DNA of 64,000 bases from an uncultured delta proteobacterium (GTDB lineage Bacteria; Myxococcota_A; Polyangia; Palsa-1104): NCBI GenBank assembly GCA_963785725.1, contig CAWAWS010000033.1, positions 32,001 to 96,000 of the forward strand, read 5' to 3'. Numbering within the stretch: position 1 is the stretch's first letter; each line of letters begins with the position of its first letter. The notes beneath the pieces were generated by a model. The model worked only from the letters and a program-made list of their open reading frames with translations, did no database searches and had not been told where the DNA came from. Shown here in pieces: positions 22,670-33,356 of the stretch. The position numbers and the translations under genes are program-made.

Positions 22670-25600
22670 GTGCCATCGATCGCGTATTACGACTTCGACA
22701 AGGTCGAAAAGACGCTCAAGCTCGGCGCCGAGCCGGTTCTGATTGGCCGCGCGATCGAGTGCCAAATCCGCACCGAGGACGCCGTCGTCTCCCGGCGCCA
22801 CGCGCGCATCCTGCGTGAAGCCGACGACTATTGGATCGAGGATTTGGGCAGCCTGAGCGGCGTCTTCATCGGCACCGAGAAGGTCAAGCGCGCCAAAGTC
22901 GTCCCCGGCGAGCTCATCGTCATGGGCAGCCTCGTCGTGCGGCTCGTCGCTGACGGCTCGTCGCAGCCGGGCAGCGATCGCGTCGACGTGACGGCGACGC
23001 CGGCGATGGCGGCGCAGCTGGAGGCGGCGCAAGCGGAGATCGCCGAGCTCAAGAAGGCCAACGAGCGGCTGCGCTCGAACACGACGGCGGCGAGCGGGCT
23101 CGACACCGAGCTGAAGCGCGCGCGCGACGATGCGGCGCGCGAGCGGAAAGTGCGGCAGACCGCGGTCGAGGGCGAGCGCGAGGCAGCCAAGAAGTCGGCG
23201 GCGCTGGCGGCGGAGATCGAGCGGCTGCGCGGCGAGAGCGACAAGCTGCGCGCGGATGTCGACGCGGCCCGAGCGGCGGCGCGCGACGCGCGAGCCGACG
23301 GCGGGTCGGCGGACTCAGCCGAGACGAGCGCGGCGTTGGCGGCGTTGCGCGCCGAGATCGATCGCGCGCACGCCGACGGCGCGACGTTGCGGGCGGAGCT
23401 GGCGGCGGCGCAGGCGGCGAGCGCGACGTGGCAGTCGCAGCTGGCGCCGACGGGCCCGGCCGCCGCCGACCTGGCAGCGGCCCGTGCCAGCGAAAATGCG
23501 CTGCAGGGCGAGCTCGACCGGGCGCGCGCGGAGCTGGCGGCGCTGCACGCGAACGCTGGAAAAGCGGGCGAAGACACCGCCGCGCTGCGCGGCGACGTCG
23601 AGCGCGCGCGGGCGAGCGAGAGCAAGCTCAAAGTCGAGCTCGAGGCGCTGCGCGGCGATGCGAGCGCCACGCAGGCGCAGCTGGCCGACGCGCGGACGGA
23701 CGCCGACGCGTTGCGGACGCAGCTGGCCGCGGCGCAGGTCGATGCGGGCGCGCTCACATCGCAGGTCGAGAAGTCGCAGGGCGAGGCCGACGCGCTACGC
23801 GCCGAGCTGGACAGGACGCAGGCCAACGCCGACGCGTTGCAGACCCGGCTGAACGAGGCGCGCGCGAGCGAGAGCGACCTGCGCGCCGAGCTGGCGCGGG
23901 CGCAAGGCGACGACCGCGCGCTGCATGACGAGCTGGCGGCGGCGCGCGCCGACGCGGCGGCGTTGCAGGCGGCGGCGGAGACGGCGAGCGTCGCGGCGGC
24001 GGCCGTGCAGGCCGAGCTCGGCCAGGCGCACGGCGAGCTGACGCAAGCGCAGGCGAAGGCGAGCGCGTTGCGGGCGGAGCTCGCCGGTGTGCACGCGAGC
24101 GAAGCGGCCGCGCAGGCGGAGCTCGCGACCGCGCAGGCGACGCTGTCGCAGCTGCAAGAACAGCTGGCGCAGGCCACCGGCGAGCTCGAGAAGCGCGCGG
24201 GCGTGGCGGCGGAGAGCGAGCGTCACGCGGCCGAGCTGCAGGGCGAGCTGACCGCGCTGCGCGCCGAGCTGAGCGACGTCCACGGCGAGGAGACGGCGCG
24301 AAAACAGCAGGTCGAGCAGGCACACGCCGAGCTGGCGGCGACGCGCGCCGAGAGCGACGCGCGGTTGCAGGCGTCCGAGCAGCTGACGAGCGAGCGCGAG
24401 GGCTTGCGCGCCGAGCTGCAGGCGGCGCAGGCGGCGTTGACGAGCGCGCGGCAGGAGCTGGCGACGGCGCAGACGGCGGCGGACGAGGCGCGCGCCGATG
24501 CGGCGCGACTGCGGGCGGCGATCGAGCAGACCGACGGCAACGAAGGCACGCTGCGCGCCGAGATCGCGCGGGCGCAGGGCGACGCCGAGGGCTTGCGCGG
24601 CGAGCTGACCCAGGCGCGCGACGAGGCCACGAAGCTGCGCACGCTCGTCGAGCACGGGCAGGGCGAGCGCGACGAGCTGCAGGCGGCGATCGTCGCCAAG
24701 GACGCGGCGGCGGCGCACTTGCGCGGCGAGCTGCAGGCGGCGCAAGCGGCGCACGAGCAGGCGCAAGCGGCGAGCGCGCAGGCGCACGGCGAGCGGGACG
24801 AGCTGCGCGCGGCGCACGAGCAGGCGCAGGCGGCGAACGCGCAGGCCGAGACGGTCGTCGCGGCCGAGCTGGAGCGCGCGCGGGCGACGGTGACTGCGCT
24901 CGAGCAGGAGCGGACGTCGCTGACGACGCAGCTGGCGGAGCTGCACGCGCGGCAAGATGAGGCGGCGCAGGCCCATACGATCGAGCTGACGCAGCTGCGG
25001 ACGCAGGCGGAGGCGAGCGCGAATCAGCTGGCGGAGCTGCAGGCGCAGCAGACGACGCTGACGACCGAGGGCGAGCGGCTGCGCGGCGACGGTGAGCGGC
25101 TGACGCACGAGCTGCAGGCGGCGCGCGAGCAGGCGGCGGCGGAAGCGGCGCAGCGGGCCGAGCTGCAGGCGCGCATCGAGGCGGCGGCCGAGGACGCGCG
25201 GGCGGCCAAAGCGGCGACGGCGACGCTGGAGTCGGCACGTGAGCAGCTGGAGCGCGAGCGTGACACGTTGCATGCGCAGCTGACGCAGTCGGGCGAGCAT
25301 GCAAAGGACGCGGCGCTGCTGGCGGGGCGTGTCGCCGAGGCCGAGCAGCAGGCGAAGATGGCGCGGCAGGAGACGCTGGAGACGGCGGCGCGCGTGCAGA
25401 CGGCCGTCGACGAGGCGCACCGGCTGACGGCCGAGCTGCGCGCGCGCGACGAGCGGCTGCAGGCAATCGACGCCGAGCTGGCGAGCGCGCGGCAGGCGGC
25501 GCAGGCGGAGGTCTCGCGCGCGCATGCGGCCGACGAGCGCGCGCAAGTGGCCGAGCGCGCGCTGGCGGCGCAGGTCGCAGAGGGCGGCGTCGTCGCGCAG

Positions 25601-26795
25601 AAGCTGCAGGCGGTATCGGAGCAGCTGGCGGAGTCGGAGGCGCGGCTGAAGTCGGAGGCGGCGCGCGCGCAGGAGCTGGCGGCGCAGGCGAACGCGGGGC
25701 AGGAGCGCGTGCAGACGTTGGAGCTGCAGCTGAAGACGGCCGAGCAGCAGGCGGCGGACGCGACGACGCAGGCGGCGGACGCGGCGGAGCGGACGAACAA
25801 GCTGGCGGCCGCCGCGGGGACGAGCGGCGAGCAGGCGCGCGCCGTCGAGCAGCAGCTGGAGGCGGCGACGGCGCAGCTGCGGACGGCCGAGGCGCGCGCG
25901 GGCGAGCTCGAGCGCCAGCTGCACGCGGCGCAGGAAGAGACGCGCGCGGCGGCGACATTGGCGACGGAGCGCGAGCGAGAGGTCGCGGCGGCGACGGCGG
26001 CGGCGCGCGCGGCCGGGGCGCAGTCGGCAGACGCGACGGCGCTCGTCGAGCGGTTGGCGGCGGCGGATGCCGAGCTGCACGCGGCGCAGGCGCGGATCGT
26101 CGAGCGCGAGCAGCGGCTGAGCGATTCTCGAGCGGCAAGCAAAGGCGGCGGACGAGCGGGCGTTGGATGCCGAGGGGCGTGCGCACGAGATCTCGGCGCG
26201 GCTGGATGTGGCCGAGAAGCTGGCGAAGGACGCGACGGCACACGTCGAGGTCGAGGCGCGGCGGGCCGACGACGAGCGGGCGATGCGGCGGGCGGCGGAA
26301 GAGGAGCGCGAGCTGCTGCACGATCGCGCGGCGGGGCTGGAGCGCGAATTGGCGGCGGCGACGGCGGCGCACGGCGCCGGCGGGCAATCATCGGCGGCCG
26401 GCGGCCAATCGGCGATCGGCGGATCGGCGGCGGCGGGCCAAGCGGCAGCCAGCGGCCAGTCGGCAGCCAGCGGCCAATCGGCAGCAGGCGCTGGCGGGCA
26501 TGCGCACGGCGCGGGCGCGAACGGCGACCGTGCGGTCCACGGCGGGCCGGGGGCGCACGCGGCGGGTGCGCCGAGCGTCCCGCCCGGCACCATCGATACA
26601 GTCAGCGCCGTCACCGATGCGCTCGCCGAGCTGCGTGCCAGCCTGCGCGCCGCCAGCGACGAGACGGCAGCGATGACGGAGCCCACGACGTCGGTCCAGG
26701 TCGTCTCCGAGGCGCTCAGCCAGGCGACCGAACAGCTCGAGAACGCGCGCGCGCATCTGCGGGCCCTGTCGCAAATCGTCGGCAGCGACCCGTAG
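22670..26795 (+). CDS. FHA-domain protein with a very long coiled coil (frameshift near 26130)
   Basis: FHA motifs '[26 protein letters not shown]'; more than 1000 aa of heptad A/E/L/Q/R sequence; C-terminus in ORF 26163..26795. Confidence 0.85.
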
Positions 26796-26990
26796 CCGTC
26801 GCGGCGAGCCAGCGCGCCCGCCGTAACAGCTCGAGACGCGCGCATCTGCGGGCCTATCGCAAATCGTCGGCAGCGACCCGTAGCCGTCGCGGCGAGCCAG
26901 CGCGCCCGCCGCAACGGCTCGAGACGCGCGCGCATCTGTCGCAAATCGTCGGCAGCGACCTGTAGTCGCGGCGAGCCAGCGCGCCCGCCG
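26733..26990 (+). repeat. Three tandem copies (about 75-95 bp) of the FHA gene 3' end, including its stop codon
   Basis: gctcgag..cgcgcgcatctg..tcgcaaatcgtcggcagcgacc(c/t)gtag..gtcgcggcgagccagcgcgcccgccg repeated three times. Confidence 0.9.
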
Positions 26991-27047
26991 TTCGTCGCAC
27001 TCGACGGCGCCGGCGCAATGGTTAAACCATTTTCACGATTGGTTTAA

Positions 27048-27320
27048 CCATTGTTTGCGCCGCCACGTCCCCGACCGCGTCATGTTTGCGACATCGCGCT
27101 CGCGCGACGAAGCCATCGTTTGCCAACGTCGGACGCTGCCCACCGAGCCATGTCGCGAGCGTCGGCGCCGCGAGACTACGCCACTGTTTGCGGACGCCGG
27201 CGCTCCGAAACCGAGCGATAGCGCCCCCATATTGCCGCTCCGAAACCGGGCCATTGTTTGCGACATCGTGCTCCGATACCGATCCATTGTTTGCGAGCGT
27301 CGGCGCTCCGAGACAAGGTT
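27048..27320. repeat. Degenerate tandem array of about 33-35 bp units
   Basis: ccattgtttgcga...ctccga(a/t)acc units near 27048, 27080, 27113, 27148, 27181, 27251, 27284. Confidence 0.7.
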
Positions 27321-27676
27321 CGCGATAAACCTTCCGTAACTTTGCCGGTTCAGCCGATGTCCGGCGCGAAGGAGCCGCGGCGCGCGCGGGCACAGCCCGC
27401 CCGCGCGCCGCGGCCAAGCAGCCCGAGCCACTCCGCGGCCGACCAGCCGACCCGTCGCGTCCACACTCCCCGCCGACCAGTCGACACGTCGCTTCCGCAC
27501 TCCCCGCCAACCAGTCGACACGTCGCTTCACGCGCGGCGGATCGATCAGCCGACCAGCCGAGCCGCGGCTTCCGCACTCCGCACCCGACTGAGCCTAGCC
27601 GTGGATTCCACACGCCGCACCGAGCGGCCCAGCCGCGGCCTCCGCACTCCGCACCCGCGCGTATCCGCGCTGCGCG

Positions 27677-29731
27677 CTATGATCGGCGCCGCAGCGACAG
27701 CGGATTGACGTCTTGCGTCGCGATCCCCAGCTCGCGCAGCAGACGATCGAGCTGTTGCCGCGCGACGGGATGGTAGCCGTCGCGAAAGCGTCGCCACCAG
27801 CCGCCGACACGAGCGCGCGTCGCCGGATTGCGCGCCAAGGCCAAATACAGCGGCCGCAAGAACTTGACGCGACCGCCGCCGCGCTCGCCGGCGCCGTCGA
27901 GCGCAGACTCGACGACGTCGAGTGCCGGCGCGTAGTCGCTCTCGATCGCCAACGGCAACCACGCGGCGCGCACCTCGGCGTTGTCGGTCGCGGTAAGGTT
28001 GAACCATTGATCGAGCGTCGCGCACAACGACGATGGACGCGGCAAACCGTCGAGGTACCAGCGCCATTGCCACGGGTCCCAGGTCGCCGCATCGTCGCGC
28101 GCCGGCAACCTGTCGAGCGCTGACGCCGAGCGGGACGCGCCCAGATCCGTCGTATCGCCCGCCGGAGCCGCGGTATCTGACGATTCCGCTCGCGACGACG
28201 ACGCGCCAACGCTCGCTTCGGTCGATGCAGCCGCACTCGCGTCGGTCGACGCGGTTGCGCGCCCGCCGCCCGACGCAACTGCAGCCCGGTCGCTCGATGC
28301 GTCAATTTGGTCGCCCGATGCGGTCGCACTTCGGTCGCTCGACGTGTCCGCAATTCGGTCGCTCGACGCGGCTGCGGCTCCATCCATTGCCGTCGCAGCA
28401 ACCGCGCTCATCAGTGCGCCGGCCACGCCGGACCCCGTCGCGGACGTGGCGCTGGCCGGCAGTCCCGATTGGTTCAACCATTCGTCGACCCGGAATTCTG
28501 GCGCGGCCGCCGCGACGAAGGCCGCTAGCTCCTCCGACGTGATGACGCGACCGGCGAGATCGACGATCCAAGCGCGTAGCCAACGATCGAAGCGGTCGCG
28601 GCCGAGGTGCTCCTCGAGCGCGCACAAAAAGAGGTAACCCTTTTCATAAGGGACGATCGAGAGCGCATCGTCGGGATCGAGACCTTCGAGGTGCGTCCGC
28701 AGCCGCGTCAGCTCCGGCCGCGCGCCGAACGCGACCAGCGCACGATCGAGCTCGCGACGACCGATCGCCGCTTGCAGTCGTGCCGCCGCTGCGCCCGCGA
28801 GCTGCTCGGCCAACCGACGCTCCGCATACACGGCGAAACCTTCGTTGATCCACAGATGCTCGGCCGACGCCGCGCCGACGAGGTTGCCGAACCAGGCGTG
28901 GCAGAGCTCGTGCGCAACGACGCCGAGCAGCGCGCCATCACGCGTCAGCAGCGACGGCGAGAGGAACGTCAGCTGTGGATTCTCCATGCCGCCGTAGGGA
29001 AACGAGGGCGGCGCGATCCACAGGTCGAAGCGCGGCCAGCGATAGGGACCGAGCAAGGCTTCGGCCGCGTGCAGCGTGCGGCCGATGACGGCGAGCACGC
29101 GCGCCGCCTCGTCGATCCGCGCCGGCGCCGCCCAGACGCGCATGCGCGGCGTCAGGTCGCGCGCGACGAAATCGCCGACCGCCAGCGCCAACAGATAGGG
29201 CGCGATTGGTTCAACCATTTCGTACGTCGTTGTTGCGTCGTCGGCGCTCTCGACGCGCGCGACGAACGCGCCGGCCAGGAGCGTCGTCAGCGCGCGCGGC
29301 ACCGTGACCTCGGCGCGCATCGTCAGCCGGGCCGACGGCGAGTCCGGCAGCGGCACGAGCGTACGCGCCTGAATCGGCTGGCACTGGCTGTAGACCAATT
29401 GGTTTAACCATTGCAGCGCGGTCGCAGTGGGCGAGGTGCGATAGACGATGCGCACCGTATGCGCCCGCCCGCGCTCGACGCGCAATCGGCGGCCCAGGAA
29501 CGGATGCGGCGGACTCAGCTCGAACGGCAGCGCCGCGCCCTCGCCGTCGTCGATGCTGACGATATCGAGCTCGCGCGTGTCTAGGTCGACGAAGTCGCCG
29601 GCGCCGTCGACGCGAAGGCAGGCTTCGGCGGCGAGGGTGCGGCTGGCGAAATCGACGCGCACGCGCCAGTCGAGGTGGCGGACGCGCGGCTGCGCGTCGT
29701 CGAACACGGAGTGCGGATCGGGACGCGGCAC
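27677..29731 (-). CDS. M1 family leukotriene-A4-hydrolase-like aminopeptidase with a Ser/Ala-rich insertion
   Basis: 'RPDPHS', 'SQCQPIQAR', 'PPSFPYGGMENP', HELCH..WFGNLV..WINEG, 'VPYEKG', 'GRVKFLRPLY', 'YHPVAR'. Confidence 0.88.
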   Translation of the reverse strand: MPRPDPHSVFDDAQPRVRHLDWRVRVDFASRTLAAEACLRVDGAGDFVDLDTRELDIVSIDDGEGAALPFELSPPHPFLGRRLRVERGRAHTVRIVYRTSPTATALQWLNQLVYSQCQPIQARTLVPLPDSPSARLTMRAEVTVPRALTTLLAGAFVARVESADDATTTYEMVEPIAPYLLALAVGDFVARDLTPRMRVWAAPARIDEAARVLAVIGRTLHAAEALLGPYRWPRFDLWIAPPSFPYGGMENPQLTFLSPSLLTRDGALLGVVAHELCHAWFGNLVGAASAEHLWINEGFAVYAERRLAEQLAGAAAARLQAAIGRRELDRALVAFGARPELTRLRTHLEGLDPDDALSIVPYEKGYLFLCALEEHLGRDRFDRWLRAWIVDLAGRVITSEELAAFVAAAAPEFRVDEWLNQSGLPASATSATGSGVAGALMSAVAATAMDGAAAASSDRIADTSSDRSATASGDQIDASSDRAAVASGGGRATASTDASAAASTEASVGASSSRAESSDTAAPAGDTTDLGASRSASALDRLPARDDAATWDPWQWRWYLDGLPRPSSLCATLDQWFNLTATDNAEVRAAWLPLAIESDYAPALDVVESALDGAGERGGGRVKFLRPLYLALARNPATRARVGGWWRRFRDGYHPVARQQLDRLLRELGIATQDVNPLSLRRRS

Positions 29732-30137
29732 GCCGGCAGTGTAGCGCGCCGCGACCACGCCTGTCGCATCGCCGCGCAGCCGCGATCGTCTTCGAGTGCG
29801 TATGCCGCATCGTCGCGCATTGGCGACCGCTCTCGACCGCGGGCGCCGCATCGTCGCGCGCCGGCGATTCCGCGTGCCAGATGGACGAAACCCGCGTGAT
29901 CAGCTGCATCGAGCAATGGTTAAACCAATCGAGGGAATGGTTTAACCATTGCTCGGCGGGCGGTCGAAAAAGATGCTGACAGCGACGAATCGTCGATCGC
30001 GCGCCGCGATCTGCGACGGCCCATCGATCGCCGGTCACAGCGGGCCGGCCCTGCGGCCGCGCCACCGCCGACCGTGCTGCCGCTACCGATTGCCTGCCGG
30101 ACGAGCAGCGTCTTCCGTTACGCTTATATGTCCTGCG

Positions 30138-31268
30138 ATGGCAACGCGTCGTCAGCACATCTTGCTCGTCCCCGGCTTCTTCGGCTTCGCCAACCTCGGC
30201 GATTTCGCCTATTTCGCGCACGTCCGCGATTTCCTCGTCACGTTCATGCGCCAACGCGACCTCGAGGGCGAAGTGCGCGTCGTGCAGACGTATCCGACCG
30301 CGTCGCTGGCTCGCCGCGCGACGCGCGTCGCCGAGACGGTGGCCGAGCTGCTCGACGACGACGACGGCGACGTTCACCTCATTGGCCACTCGTCGGGCGG
30401 CCTCGACGTGCGCCTCTTCACCGCGCCCAACGTCTCTCTGCCCACGACGCTCGACGTCGACAAATATGCCTGTCGCGTCAAAACCGTCGTCTCGCTCTCG
30501 TCGCCGCACCGCGGCTCGCCGCTGGCGACGTTCCTGTCGAGCGTCCTCGGCGCGCAGCTCTTGCGCGTCATCTCGCTGGTCACGATTTACACGCTGCGCG
30601 GCGGGCGCGTGCCGATCGCCGCCGTGTTTCATCTCGTGCGCCTGTTGTCGCTACCGCGGCTGCCGATGATCGATTCCGGCACGCTGCTCAACAATATCTA
30701 TCGCGATCTCCTGTCCGACTTCTCCCACGATCGCCGCGAAGCGCTCGAGCAGTTCATGATCACCGTCGGCGAGGATCAGGAGCTGCTCGGACAGCTGACA
30801 CCGACGGGGATGGAGACGTTCAACCAATCGACGTTCGATCGTCCCGGCGTGCGTTATGGCTCGGTCGTGACGTGCGCGCGACGGCCGGGCGCGCTGACGG
30901 CGTGGGCGGTCGGCGCGTCACCGCTGCGCCAGACGACGCATTTATTGTTCAACGCGTTTCATCGTCTTACGGCCAATATGTCGTCGATTCCCGTTGGTTT
31001 GACCTATGCGCAGTCGACGGCGTTGACGCGCGCCTACGGCCGACTCCTGGCACCGCGCGACAACGACGGCATGGTCCCGACGCTGTCGCAGGTCTGGGGC
31101 GAAATCATCCACGCGACGTGGGGCGATCACCTCGATGCCATCGGCCACTTCTACTTGCCGTCGCATGTTCCGCCGCACTTCGACTGGCTCAACAGCGGCA
31201 CGCGCTTCTCGATGAGCGACTTCGAGCACATCTGGCGCGACGTCGGCGAATTCTTGGTCGCGAAGTAG
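30138..31268 (+). CDS. Lipase/esterase (alpha/beta hydrolase)
   Basis: 'LLVPGFFGF', nucleophile 'HLIGHSSGGLD', 'SSPHRGSPLA', 'DNDGMVP', 'DHLDAIGHF'. Confidence 0.85.
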   Translation: MATRRQHILLVPGFFGFANLGDFAYFAHVRDFLVTFMRQRDLEGEVRVVQTYPTASLARRATRVAETVAELLDDDDGDVHLIGHSSGGLDVRLFTAPNVSLPTTLDVDKYACRVKTVVSLSSPHRGSPLATFLSSVLGAQLLRVISLVTIYTLRGGRVPIAAVFHLVRLLSLPRLPMIDSGTLLNNIYRDLLSDFSHDRREALEQFMITVGEDQELLGQLTPTGMETFNQSTFDRPGVRYGSVVTCARRPGALTAWAVGASPLRQTTHLLFNAFHRLTANMSSIPVGLTYAQSTALTRAYGRLLAPRDNDGMVPTLSQVWGEIIHATWGDHLDAIGHFYLPSHVPPHFDWLNSGTRFSMSDFEHIWRDVGEFLVAK

Positions 31269-31359
31269 CGGGCCAATTGGTTAAACCAATGCGTGCACGC
31301 CAATGCGCGCGAGCCGCGACCGCGGCCACGCAGCTGCACGCCGCGTCGTAATCAGCCGA

Positions 31360-31660
31360 AACGGCCTAACCAATCGCGGGCGTCGTTGAGCCAGTCGCGC
31401 GTGTGGTCAAACCAATCGCTTGCGTCGCAAAACCAGTAGCAGCCTCGTACCAAGCGCGTGTCGTCGTAACCAGTCGCGTGCGTGGTCAACCGGTCGCGTG
31501 CGTGGTCAAACCGGTCGCGTGCGTGGTCAAACCGGTCGCGTGCGTGGTCAAACCGGTCGCGTGGGCGATTAAACCAATCGCGTGCGTGGTCAAACCGGTC
31601 GCGTGCGTGGTCAAACCGGTCGCGTGCGCGGTTAAACCAATCGCGTGCGTCGTAACCAGC
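31360..31660. repeat. Tandem array of 21 bp units carrying variants of the motif (TGGTCAAACCG/A)
   Basis: Unit cgcgtgcgtggtcaaaccggt; cores at 31503, 31524, 31545, 31566, 31587, 31608, 31629. Confidence 0.92.
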
Positions 31661-31716
31661 CGCGTGGATGTCATCCAGCCGTGTGGATGTCATCCAGCCG
31701 CGTGGATGTCATCCCG
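31659..31716. repeat. 3 x 19 bp tandem repeat with internal palindrome TGGATGTCATCC(A)
   Basis: GGATGTCATCC at 31666, 31685, 31704. Confidence 0.9.
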
Positions 31717-31796
31717 CCGCGCTAATGGTTAAACCAATTCAACGAATGGTTAAACCAATCCTCGCGGCGAGTGCCCGGCGACGATCGGTTGCGGAA

Positions 31797-33344
31797 TCAG
31801 TCGCGGGCGGTGCGGTTCCAGCGTTGCCGACGACGCACGAGCGCGACGAGCGCCGACTTGATCGTCGGTAGCGCGTACAGCGGCGCGGCCAGCACGACAC
31901 GCAGCGGCACTCGGTCATGCGCAAATCGCCACCACGCGGCGACGATCGCCAGCGCGCACGTCGTCATGCCGGCCAAGGCGTACGCAAACGGACGCCAGTC
32001 GTGAATGGTCAAACCAATCGCGAATGCCGCCGTGGCCGCGAGGAGCCAGAGTGGAAACAGCAGGGACAGCGGCGGCACGGCGAGCTCGAGCGCCAGCATG
32101 AAGAGCCCGAAGCTGCCGTGACGAACCGCGGCCACGACGAGACGCGGCGACTGCAGCATCGTGCGCAAGTGGCCCCACAGCCAACGCGTGCGCTGCGCGT
32201 CGGCGGCGCGCTCACGCGACGGGAAGAGGCTCGTCACGCGCGCGTCGGCGCAAAAGCGCGGCGGCGTGCCGGCGGCGGCGAGATCGATGGCGAGCTGCAC
32301 GTCCTCGACGACGCTGGCGTTGCCAAACGGCGCGACGCGAGCGAGCGTCCACGGCAGCGCCATGCCGGCGCCGGTCAGTAGACAAGGCGCGCCGAGTCGC
32401 ATGAGGCCGAGCGGTCGCGCCCAATTGCGGACGGCGAAGAGCAGCTCGGCCAGCTGGCGCGCGGGCGGCGCGTCGGCCGGTGCGCGCATGAGGTAGACGG
32501 CCTGCGCAGGCGCGGCGCCGCCGGCGTCGCGCAGCCGAGCGATCGAGCCGGGCGCCACGTCGCAGTCGGCGTCGACGATGATGACGACATCGGGCGGCCG
32601 CGCGGCGAGCGCGGCGATGCCGGCGGCGAGCGCCCATCCTTTGCCGGCGCGTGCCGCATCGTGGCGTTCGACGACTTCGGCGCCGGCGGCGCGCGCGATG
32701 GCGGCGGTGTCGTCGCTGCAGTTGTCGGCGACCACGAGCAGCCGATCGCCGCGGCGCAGCTGTGGCGTCAGCGTGGCCAGCGTCGCGGCGATGCCGGCGG
32801 CTTCGTCGTGCGCGGGCACGATAATGGCGACGCGAGCTGGGCCGCCGCCATCACGCGGCACGCCGGCGGGATCGCGCGCGTCGCCTGATTGGCCATCGTC
32901 CGTCGCGCGTTGCGCATCACTCGTACCCGCCGCGCTCTGCGCATCACTCGTACCCGCCGCGCGTCGTGTGTCACTCGCGCCCGCCGCGCGTCGCGCGTCA
33001 TTCGCGCCCGCCGCGCGTCGCGCGTCATTCGCGTCCGCCGCGCGTCGTGTGTCACTCGCGCCCGCCGCGCGTCGCGCGTCATTCGCGTCCGCCGCGCTTT
33101 TCGCATCGCTCACGCGCGCCGCGCTTTGCGCATCACTGGCGCTCACCGCGGCTTGCGCATCACTGGCGCCTTCCGCATCACTCGCGCCGACATCCGCCGC
33201 TCGCGCATCCGCCGACCCGGCGGCCGGCCATTGTCCGCCGCCGCCCCGCCGCTGCCCGACCGTCAACGCCGCGGCAATCTCCAGCACGAATACCGCGCTC
33301 GGAAGCGCGAGCAGAGCGATAGCCACGGAGACGAGCAGCGTCAC
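31797..33344 (-). CDS. Glycosyltransferase family 2 (membrane) with an internal 9-aa repeat insertion
   Basis: 'IIVPAHDEA', 'VVADNCSDDT', 'GKGWAL', DxD 'IVDADC', 'VEDVQL', 'QRTRW', C-terminal TM helices. Confidence 0.88.
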   Translation of the reverse strand: MTLLVSVAIALLALPSAVFVLEIAAALTVGQRRGGGGQWPAAGSADARAADVGASDAEGASDAQAAVSASDAQSAARVSDAKSAADANDARRAAGASDTRRAADANDARRAAGANDARRAAGASDTRRAAGTSDAQSAAGTSDAQRATDDGQSGDARDPAGVPRDGGGPARVAIIVPAHDEAAGIAATLATLTPQLRRGDRLLVVADNCSDDTAAIARAAGAEVVERHDAARAGKGWALAAGIAALAARPPDVVIIVDADCDVAPGSIARLRDAGGAAPAQAVYLMRAPADAPPARQLAELLFAVRNWARPLGLMRLGAPCLLTGAGMALPWTLARVAPFGNASVVEDVQLAIDLAAAGTPPRFCADARVTSLFPSRERAADAQRTRWLWGHLRTMLQSPRLVVAAVRHGSFGLFMLALELAVPPLSLLFPLWLLAATAAFAIGLTIHDWRPFAYALAGMTTCALAIVAAWWRFAHDRVPLRVVLAAPLYALPTIKSALVALVRRRQRWNRTARD

Positions 33345-33356
33345 GTGGCTCGAATG

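Noticed and set aside
31352..31732. Repeat proteins (DHARDRF / VVKPVAC ORFs; also 21547..22143 and 9918..10163)
   Set aside because: These are translations of non-coding tandem arrays that stay open in several frames and show no coding bias
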